This document shows, one piece after another, positions 57,507 through 64,000 of a DNA stretch of 64,000 nt. The stretch is from contig DAKS01000039.1 in NCBI GenBank assembly GCA_002499195.1, positions 11,720 through 75,719 on the forward strand, in the 5' to 3' direction. The notes under the pieces are model-generated. The model saw only the letters and a list, made by a program, of their open reading frames with translations. It searched no databases and had not been told where the DNA came from. Every line of letters starts with the position of its first letter. The stretch's first letter is position 1. This DNA is from Euryarchaeota archaeon UBA443. GTDB lineage: Archaea; Thermoplasmatota; Poseidoniia; Poseidoniales; Poseidoniaceae. The position numbers were made by a program, and so were the translations under genes.

Positions 57507-57778
57507 GCATTATGGCGGAGACGCCCTTCTCACTTGTTTGTACCATCGCACGAGCGGATGCTGCAGATATTAGAGCGATGCGTGATTCCCTCATCTCAGA
57601 AGCAGAAAGTCATTCTATTGATGATAATACATTTTCATTTCGCTTGGATGAAAATAATGCAAAAGATTTGCGGGCTATGTGGAATACACGAATTCGTGGA
57701 TTGATTGCAGCGGACGAAATTCTACAGGCGATTGAATCCGCAGGTTCATCAACCAAAGACAACTCGATGGATGCATGA
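57503..57778 (+). CDS. Small alpha/beta protein, possibly KEOPS subunit Pcc1-like.
   Basis: 91 aa. A beta-alpha-beta-alpha pattern ends in LRAMWNTRIRGLIAADEILQAIE, resembling the Pcc1 C-terminal helix (LRAxLNSYLRLI...E). No Cys, so not RpoP. GTGA overlap with L37ae. Confidence 0.35.
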   Translation: MSIMAETPFSLVCTIARADAADIRAMRDSLISEAESHSIDDNTFSFRLDENNAKDLRAMWNTRIRGLIAADEILQAIESAGSSTKDNSMDA

Positions 57779-58089
57779 GCACCGTTGAACAACTCCAAGT
57801 CGTTGTCTCAGAAGTCCAAAATGCACGACACAAAGTTGCTACTGTTCGAGCACAGTTGCAAGAACTGGAAACCACAATAACTGCAGTCGAAAAACATCCA
57901 GAAGGTATGGCTTTGCACCGACAACTCGGTGGAGTATTGGTTGAAGTCGATGATAAAGAAGAGTTGATTGAGGAACTCAAAACAACCCATTCAACACTTT
58001 CTGAACATGCGGAGCGACTTAGCGAACATGAAGCGAAACTCGTAGCAGCATACGATGAACTCAAGAAATCGCTTGAGGGAGAAGTTTGA
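57775..58089 (+). CDS. pfdB: Prefoldin beta subunit.
   Basis: A 104-aa coiled-coil/beta-hairpin/coiled-coil architecture with a central hydrophobic hairpin (MALHRQLGGVLVEV). ATGA overlap upstream. Confidence 0.75.
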   Translation: MSTVEQLQVVVSEVQNARHKVATVRAQLQELETTITAVEKHPEGMALHRQLGGVLVEVDDKEELIEELKTTHSTLSEHAERLSEHEAKLVAAYDELKKSLEGEV

Positions 58090-59078
58090 ACGATTACCAA
58101 CAAGATATTGCCGCGATGAAGCAATGGCTCGATTCAGCCATTGAACGTGGTGCAGTACCCGTCATCACTGGTCAAAATGGTGACATGGATACGATTGGAT
58201 CAGCCATTGCTTTAGCATCTATTCATCCTTCACTACTCGCTTGTGGACTTCACATAGGAAGGATTGCAAAACGAATGGTTGATCAATTGAGGGCACCATT
58301 TCGAAAGATTGCTGCTAAAGGCACAGTTTTTCCAGATCCACTCGGTGGTATCATAATCGTTGATGCTGCAGCACCAGAGCAAGTAGGTATTGACTTACCA
58401 GACGTGCCAAAGTTGATTATTGACCATCATGCAACCAATGGTTGGGAACTGAGTGAAGATGATTGCATGTTACAATGGGATGTTCGTGCAACGACAGAAA
58501 TTATTGCAACATACATGTTCGAGCATGAGAAAGAATCTTTGAGCGATTCGGTAAGAAGGATGCTTCTTGCTGGATTGATTACAGATACTGGACGTTACAA
58601 GCATGCAGATGCTGGTTCCTTTGCAATTACAACGCAACTCCTTGAAGGGGCGGATATCGACTATGCTGAATTCTGTGAGCACATTGAACGAGAGGAAACA
58701 TCACCATCTGAACGAGGTAGCCTCTTGCGAGGACTCAGCAGAACGAAACATCATGATGCTGGTGATTGGAGTCTCGTAACAACATATGCAGGGACACTTG
58801 AGGGTCGACTCGCCTCAATGTTGCTTGCAACGGGTTGTGATGTATCGCTAGTATCGCGTCATCGTGAAGGTGAAACACGATTGACAGCACGGGCAACACG
58901 AAAATCAACACTACGGGGAGTTCATCTTGGTTCTGTCATGAAAGCGATTGCTGAACAACATGGTGGGGATGGAGGCGGACATGATGGTGCTGCTGGATGG
59001 ACTGGAAACATCGATCGAATTCGCGCCGAATCAGCATTCATTGCACAACTTACATTGCAAGAAAAGGTGAAACTATGA
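58086..59078 (+). CDS. DHH-family phosphoesterase (NrnA/nanoRNase-like; DHH plus DHHA1).
   Basis: IIDHHATNG DHH motif and GGGHDGAAG DHHA1 motif. TTG start overlapping the pfdB stop. Confidence 0.8.
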   Translation: MNDYQQDIAAMKQWLDSAIERGAVPVITGQNGDMDTIGSAIALASIHPSLLACGLHIGRIAKRMVDQLRAPFRKIAAKGTVFPDPLGGIIIVDAAAPEQVGIDLPDVPKLIIDHHATNGWELSEDDCMLQWDVRATTEIIATYMFEHEKESLSDSVRRMLLAGLITDTGRYKHADAGSFAITTQLLEGADIDYAEFCEHIEREETSPSERGSLLRGLSRTKHHDAGDWSLVTTYAGTLEGRLASMLLATGCDVSLVSRHREGETRLTARATRKSTLRGVHLGSVMKAIAEQHGGDGGGHDGAAGWTGNIDRIRAESAFIAQLTLQEKVKL

Positions 59079-60124
59079 GACCTAAGGCACCAGGATTGTA
59101 CATCTCCAAGTGGAGAGAAGAAGGACCTGTATCTCTCGAAGATGCTCTAAACTGGAGAGAGGATTTCGGTTGGAATGATTGGATGGCTATCATCGAAGCG
59201 GCCCTATACCTAGATGCTGCTGAACTAGTGGAACTTATTATTCCTGAATTAACACCTGCACAGAGAGCGACATTTGACTTGGTTCGAAGACGAATGCTCG
59301 GTGATAATCGTCTAGAAGAAGCGATTGACAAGGCATTAGAGGTTTGTAGATCCCCAGAAACTCGTGATTTAGCACTTGAGGGAAGACTTCGAATGGAACG
59401 AGGACTTCAACGATTTGAGAAAGGGGATTCAGAAGGAGCAGAGGAGGACCTAACATGGGCAGAAACACGCTTGAAGTCTGTTGCTAAGGCCAGTCGTGAC
59501 CATGACCTTTCCTTATTGAATAAAGCGGCATATCATATGGCATCTGGAGAGGATTTGATGGCACTTCAAGTGTATGGTGATATTTCTCGTCAAGAGAATC
59601 ACGCCCACGAAACCATTGCGATTTCACGTATTGGAGCCTCGCGCATACATGCTCGCTACGAACGTATGTTCGATGCTGCTCGAAATGCTTGGAACGGTCA
59701 TGCCCATGCAATTCTAGCCAATCAAGTTACAATGGCGATCGAAGCGGGAAGCCTCTTCCTCGACCTGTCCATTGGAGAGCAAAATCTTGAAGCAGTACGA
59801 TTCCAAGAACAAGTCGATGGTTCAAAACCTCGCGATGTTGGTGAAAAGGCTCCTGAATTGAAGGTTCATCCAGATGATATTTCGGGAGTTTTCGATTGGT
59901 GCATGAAACATCTTAACAAAGATCCAATGGGTCATGACCGACCTGATTTGCGAGCTATGATCATGATGGCACATCGTCTTGACCGTCTAAATGAATTTGA
60001 ATGGCTCATCGAGGAACCGAATCTAGTCGATGATTCGATGCTCGTTGCAGTCGTTCTTGGTTGCTCCCTTGAGGATGAGCAAAAAGTTGCATGGAATGAG
60101 CGTATGAAATCACTCATGCCCTAG
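59075..60124 (+). CDS. Hypothetical all-helical (TPR/HEAT-like) protein, last member of the superoperon.
   Basis: ATG at 59075 overlaps the DHH stop (ATGA); the ORF track opens earlier at 58997. 349 aa, no recognisable catalytic motif. Confidence 0.5.
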   Translation: MRPKAPGLYISKWREEGPVSLEDALNWREDFGWNDWMAIIEAALYLDAAELVELIIPELTPAQRATFDLVRRRMLGDNRLEEAIDKALEVCRSPETRDLALEGRLRMERGLQRFEKGDSEGAEEDLTWAETRLKSVAKASRDHDLSLLNKAAYHMASGEDLMALQVYGDISRQENHAHETIAISRIGASRIHARYERMFDAARNAWNGHAHAILANQVTMAIEAGSLFLDLSIGEQNLEAVRFQEQVDGSKPRDVGEKAPELKVHPDDISGVFDWCMKHLNKDPMGHDRPDLRAMIMMAHRLDRLNEFEWLIEEPNLVDDSMLVAVVLGCSLEDEQKVAWNERMKSLMP

Positions 60125-60577
60125 TTCTATAGAATCTAGCCACTTGCTCAAGTCAACTACTTCCTGTATATCCCAATGGGTAAATTCAGGTAATTCTGTA
60201 AACCATTTAACCGTTGAAACGTGTTGATCTATTACCTCCCATGTCGGTTCTGAGAATGGTAAGTTTTCATCATCGACCACAACTAATCCAACCCAACCAT
60301 TTGGATAATACGTCTTGTTCCAAGCAAGGATTTCACCACAACCGCCCACTTCCTCACCAAGTTCTCGTTCAAGGGCTTGTTGTGGTGTTTCACCCTCTTC
60401 GATATGACCACCTGGAAATTCCCAGCCTCGCTGGGGATGCTGTACCATTAGGATTGAACCTGAATTGAGCACTGAGCGTGGATTACCTCGGGGAACAACA
60501 TAGGCCAATACGAACTTTGGATTCACTCGATCACCTACATCTGCGAACGGCATTGCTCGAGATAGGTTTCCGCCCAC
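60110..60577 (-). CDS. Nudix hydrolase.
   Basis: Nudix box GGHIEEGETPQQALERELGEEVG. Length is 155 aa. Confidence 0.8.
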   Translation of the reverse strand: MGGNLSRAMPFADVGDRVNPKFVLAYVVPRGNPRSVLNSGSILMVQHPQRGWEFPGGHIEEGETPQQALERELGEEVGGCGEILAWNKTYYPNGWVGLVVVDDENLPFSEPTWEVIDQHVSTVKWFTELPEFTHWDIQEVVDLSKWLDSIELGHE

Positions 60578-61569
60578 CCTTCGCCAGAAGCAACAAGTCG
60601 ACGTGACAGGAAGAAAGCCTCTGAGATATTGCCGGACTCGATAAGTTCAATCAACCTCTTCTCGTCAATATTAATTTCTTGAGTTTCTTCTTCGACTTGT
60701 TGAACAGTTTCAGGCTCAGTTATTTCCTGACGTACACGCTTATTGAGTTGTTCCATTTGTTCAAGGAACGCTGTTCTATGTTCCAGTTTTGGACCACTCC
60801 AAGGTGTTTGTGCTTCACCATCCATTCGCTCAGTTAATCGATTCAAGAATTCGTCCCGTACCAGTAAATGCGGCATTAGGGTTTGGACATGGTCATAACA
60901 AGACCATGCTGAATCGATTTCTTGTCGTCTCTCGTGCAATCGTCCAAGTTGCATCCAAAGTTCATGATTGATAGGCCGATGTGCTAGAAGATGACGACTC
61001 AATTCTATGAATAGGTCTTCAAATCCTTGTAATCGTAAAAGTTCGATTCGACGACCGTAGACGATATTGGCACGTTGATCTCTAAAATCTAGATCTCGAC
61101 ACCGATCAGCGAATTCAGCGATTTCAAGCAACATTGCATCGCTTTGTTCATCACCCCCTCCACGTTGAACAAGTGCTTCCCACCAAGCATCTGGAGTGAG
61201 GGGGTCACGAGCAAATGCAGCTTCAAGCAGTTCCAATCCAAATTCAAGATAATCCAAGTTTTTCAATTTCTCGAATTGTTCAGTATCTCGTCCAAGTACT
61301 GTAAAGACATCTTCCAAAACAATTCCAAGTCCAACGTTGTCTTTGAGTCCAACTTTGATGTCAGCCAGACAGCGCCAGTTACGCTCGTCTGTAAAATCAT
61401 GTAATAGCGCCTGACGAGCGTTTTGTTCCGCCCATTGCATGTTCGATTCCTTTCTCTCAGGATCTGCTTTAGCGAGTCGGACAAATTTCTGCGCTTGTGT
61501 CCGATATCGATTACCTAGATTGCGTCGAGGGTGCTGCAAATCATCATGCGCAGATTGACTCATGACCAT
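60535..61569 (-). CDS. Hypothetical helical protein (TPR-like) between UbiD and Nudix.
   Basis: 344 aa, predicted all-alpha. Overlaps the Nudix start by 43 nt and starts 3 nt after the UbiD stop. Confidence 0.45.
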   Translation of the reverse strand: MVMSQSAHDDLQHPRRNLGNRYRTQAQKFVRLAKADPERKESNMQWAEQNARQALLHDFTDERNWRCLADIKVGLKDNVGLGIVLEDVFTVLGRDTEQFEKLKNLDYLEFGLELLEAAFARDPLTPDAWWEALVQRGGGDEQSDAMLLEIAEFADRCRDLDFRDQRANIVYGRRIELLRLQGFEDLFIELSRHLLAHRPINHELWMQLGRLHERRQEIDSAWSCYDHVQTLMPHLLVRDEFLNRLTERMDGEAQTPWSGPKLEHRTAFLEQMEQLNKRVRQEITEPETVQQVEEETQEINIDEKRLIELIESGNISEAFFLSRRLVASGEGWAETYLEQCRSQM

Positions 61570-61571
61570 CC

Positions 61572-62843
61572 CTACTGGGCGCTCATGTAACCTTCTGGGT
61601 TATCTGAATGATGGATGGTTGCATCAAATCCAACTTTAGAAGTCAAACCATCTTGATAGCGAGATGGATCGAGGCTCGATCCTTTTTGATTCGAAAAGAT
61701 ATGCGTGTCTCGATCTGGCTGCCAACGGGTGACCATTGCCCATTCCACACGAACAGGATTGCTGATGTCGATATCTTCATCGACGATTGTAACCATCTTC
61801 ATCGATCGATGACCGGCTAATGCGGCTTCAATGGCTTTTCTTCCATCATCTTCGGATGTTTTTCGAATTTTGACAACGGCAGAAAGCCACCCACATCCCC
61901 CTTCAGTCATATGAACGTCAATACAATCAACAACTTTCGCAACGGCTTCTTTAATCGTAGGAGAACGAGGTAGACCCATGAGTGTCTTGTGCTCTGCTTC
62001 TCCTGGAATGAGGGCATGGAAAATCGGATCGTTTCGATGCAATACACCATCCACTTCGATTACAGGTTCTTGCCGGACATCATCGATTGTTCCGGTTATG
62101 TCAACATATGGACCTTCATCATCATCATCGAGCGTGATTCGGCCCCACATCGCATACTCGGCATCAGCAGGAACCTGAATTCCATTAGGCAATTCAACCA
62201 ATTGAAGCGGTTTGTTGTACAGTTTTTCGTGCAATGCAGCTGCTATGGTCAATTCATCTACCGGTTCATCAAACGACATTGCACCTGCTAGTAGAACAAC
62301 TGGGTCTGGAGCATTGACTATCGCTATGTCAACTTCTTCTCCCTGCTGCCTAGCTTGGTCTACCATTGTTCTAAGATGACGAGGGACAAGTCGAGCGACC
62401 AAATGATTCTCATCTCGTAAAAATTGGCGATGAAAACTCATGTTACGTTGGCCATTGACTTCGGCAATAATGACGCTTGCCGACATGTATCGGCCACGGT
62501 CTTGTGGCCAATGATGCGGAATTGGGAGCGAATGCAAATCGACTTGATCTTGCATATTATCAAACACTGCTGCTTCGGCTGGAGAAACTACTTCAGGTGT
62601 TGAAGGGTTTTTCATAGCCCATGCGAGTGTATCGATGTATACCTCAGGTTGAATCCCAATCGCCTCACATAGGCGGTCACGGGTAAGCATGTTGACCGAA
62701 ACTCGTTGCCCTGAAGTCTCCTTGATGTTTTCAAACAAGAGATTTGGATGCGATTGATTGGAACTTAATTCCCAGATACCATGGATTAGACTAATCTCTT
62801 GGTCGACGCGTTTAGCGTGCGAAAGATGATCACGGAATGCCAA
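61572..62843 (-). CDS. UbiD-family (prenylated-FMN-dependent) decarboxylase, candidate MqnL.
   Basis: UbiD-like motifs HHWPQDRGRYM and EGPYVDITG. Length is 423 aa. Confidence 0.75.
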   Translation of the reverse strand: MAFRDHLSHAKRVDQEISLIHGIWELSSNQSHPNLLFENIKETSGQRVSVNMLTRDRLCEAIGIQPEVYIDTLAWAMKNPSTPEVVSPAEAAVFDNMQDQVDLHSLPIPHHWPQDRGRYMSASVIIAEVNGQRNMSFHRQFLRDENHLVARLVPRHLRTMVDQARQQGEEVDIAIVNAPDPVVLLAGAMSFDEPVDELTIAAALHEKLYNKPLQLVELPNGIQVPADAEYAMWGRITLDDDDEGPYVDITGTIDDVRQEPVIEVDGVLHRNDPIFHALIPGEAEHKTLMGLPRSPTIKEAVAKVVDCIDVHMTEGGCGWLSAVVKIRKTSEDDGRKAIEAALAGHRSMKMVTIVDEDIDISNPVRVEWAMVTRWQPDRDTHIFSNQKGSSLDPSRYQDGLTSKVGFDATIHHSDNPEGYMSAQ

Positions 62844-62855
62844 CGTATCACGCCC

Positions 62856-63086
62856 TCAGAATTTCGTCTGAGTATCTTCGAGATAGCGTGGGCGTTCCTC
62901 TTCTTCGCTCTCGGCGCTTGCCGACATCATGTTCATTCCCGAAAATAAACCGATGAGACCAACAGCATGAGATGTTAGGATATCAACCTCGGAATCTACA
63001 ATTACAATCCAGTGATTAATGATGACCAAAAGGCCAAGAGCCATGGTCAAGAGCGCTACAATAGGTCGCATTCCTCTCGGAATCAT
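62856..63086 (-). CDS. Small two-TM protein, first gene of the UbiD operon (hypothetical).
   Basis: 76 aa with two hydrophobic helices and an acidic tail. It ends 12 nt before the UbiD start. Confidence 0.3.
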   Translation of the reverse strand: MIPRGMRPIVALLTMALGLLVIINHWIVIVDSEVDILTSHAVGLIGLFSGMNMMSASAESEEEERPRYLEDTQTKF

Positions 63087-63163
63087 GATACAACTAACAA
63101 CATCATGTTTATGATATTATTCTTCAATGCAGACGGTGGATTCATCACCTCGATGAAACGGCG

Positions 63164-63180
63164 ACTTGATATATGAAAGC
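63164..63180 (+). promoter_or_regulatory. TATA-like element upstream of rps12-rps7.
   Basis: ttgatatatgaaagc lies about 35-40 nt upstream of the rps12 ATG in a divergent intergenic region. Confidence 0.3.
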
Positions 63181-63207
63181 AAAGTCGGCAAAACGCTCGA
63201 ATGAGGT

Positions 63208-63642
63208 TTGAACATGGGTAGGGGACTCTTTGCAGGTGCAAAAATGGCCAAGGACCGCCAAAAATTTCGTTGGTCTGACCGACGTTACAAGAAGCGTATG
63301 CTCAAATCTCGTGCAAAGCACGATCCTCTAGCAGGATCCACTCAAGCCAAGGGTATCGTCATTGAAAAAGTCGGTATCGAAGCTAAGCAACCTAACTCAG
63401 GGATCCGTAAGGCAGTCAAAATTTCTCTCATCAAGAATGCGAACAAACTGACGGCATTCGCCCCTGGCGACGGTGCTATCAACTTTATCGACGAACACGA
63501 TGAAGTCATGGTCGAAGGTATTGGTGGACGTATGGGTCGTTCCTACGGAGATATTCCAGGAGTTAGATACAAGGTCATTCAAGTCAACGGTGTTTCACTC
63601 GATGAAATGGTTCGAGGACGCAAGGAGAAGCCGGTACGCTGA
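63208..63642 (+). CDS. rps12: Ribosomal protein S12 (uS12).
   Basis: [27 protein letters not shown]...[18 protein letters not shown] is highly conserved uS12. Confidence 0.92.
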   Translation: MNMGRGLFAGAKMAKDRQKFRWSDRRYKKRMLKSRAKHDPLAGSTQAKGIVIEKVGIEAKQPNSGIRKAVKISLIKNANKLTAFAPGDGAINFIDEHDEVMVEGIGGRMGRSYGDIPGVRYKVIQVNGVSLDEMVRGRKEKPVR

Positions 63643-63652
63643 GGTGTTCATT

Positions 63653-64000
63653 ATGACAGAAGAAGAAGTCGACGAACGCCCAATCGCTGGAATTGGTACT
63701 CTAGTATTTGGAAAGTGGGATGCTACAGAAGTTGTCTGTAACGATCCTGGTCTTGCTCCATACGTTAACCTCACGACTGTTGGTGTACCACACACCGGCG
63801 GCCGTCATGCTAACATGTGGTTTGGAAAATCTAAACTCAGCGTAGTAGAGCGCTACATCAACAAACTAATGCGAACTGGTGCATATACTGGTAAGAAGCA
63901 ATCTGCAATGAAGGCATTTGAGAGTTCTCTCGATGTTATTGCTGAGCGTCGTAACATGAATCCTCTACAAGTTTTCGTTGATGCTATATGCAATGCAGCA
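63653..64000 (+). CDS. rps7: Ribosomal protein S7 (uS7); the 3' end runs past the window edge.
   Basis: The ATG at 63653 gives MTEEEVDERPIAGIGTLVFGKWDATEVVCNDPGLAPYVNL...VPHTGGRHA...VERYINKLMRTG, typical archaeal uS7. It runs to the window end. Confidence 0.88.
   Translation, partial: MTEEEVDERPIAGIGTLVFGKWDATEVVCNDPGLAPYVNLTTVGVPHTGGRHANMWFGKSKLSVVERYINKLMRTGAYTGKKQSAMKAFESSLDVIAERRNMNPLQVFVDAICNAA

Noticed and set aside
1-64000. Search for CRISPR arrays, transposases, integrases or other mobile-element hallmarks.
   Set aside because: No regularly spaced direct repeats, no DDE/HUH/tyrosine-recombinase-like ORFs and no tRNA-adjacent integration scar were found. The window looks like core chromosome with embedded lineage-specific surface-protein genes.

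Overview
The window is a 64-kb archaeal chromosomal segment at about 45% GC. It is densely coded, with many 1-4 nt stop/start overlaps. I found no rRNA, tRNA, CRISPR array or mobile element.

Archaeal identity rests on hallmark genes: the PAN C-terminus with an HbYX tail, PriS, the RFC large subunit, TiaS, Dph6, and a proteasome-alpha/SBDS/Rrp4/Rrp41/Rrp42/L37ae/prefoldin-beta exosome superoperon followed later by S12-S7. Futalosine-pathway menaquinone genes (mqnD, mqnA, an mqnC/E-type radical SAM enzyme, and a distant UbiD-like decarboxylase) fit a euryarchaeal origin, possibly a marine Thermoplasmatota/MGII-like organism; that placement is inference. Supporting signs are TrkAH, an OPT transporter, an archaeosortase-like membrane protein, acidic protein tails and very large mosaic surface proteins.

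Housekeeping content:
- Translation: MetRS, ProRS, GlyRS.
- Protein targeting: SRP54 and ArsA/Get3.
- Carbon and nucleotide metabolism: split transketolase plus transaldolase, PurB, formiminotransferase plus cyclodeaminase.
- Transport: a P-type ATPase and a CNNM/CorC-like gene.

The most interesting items:
1. A half-length, strongly DOHH-like HEAT/His-Glu diiron-motif protein lies directly downstream of mqnD, next to a small Cys/His protein.
2. A 1763-aa Lhr helicase with a roughly 850-aa C-terminal extension is immediately followed by a 1200-aa surface protein (C-type-lectin-like, LamG-like, three PPC, EF-hand and TSP3 modules, then a TM and cytoplasmic tail) and an archaeosortase-like gene.
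3. A second type-I surface protein, with an NLS-like poly-basic cytoplasmic tail, sits inside the mqn cluster.
4. The exosome superoperon is extended by overlap-coupled genes: a Pcc1-like protein, prefoldin beta, a DHH phosphoesterase and an uncharacterised 349-aa helical protein.
5. A minus-strand operon (small membrane protein, UbiD, helical protein, Nudix) suggests a link to prFMN cofactor supply.
6. A KaiC/RecA-like protein lacking the Walker A lysine is flanked by small membrane proteins.
7. A co-directional run reads PriS, proline-rich protein, KAAK-repeat membrane protein, membrane alpha/beta hydrolase.
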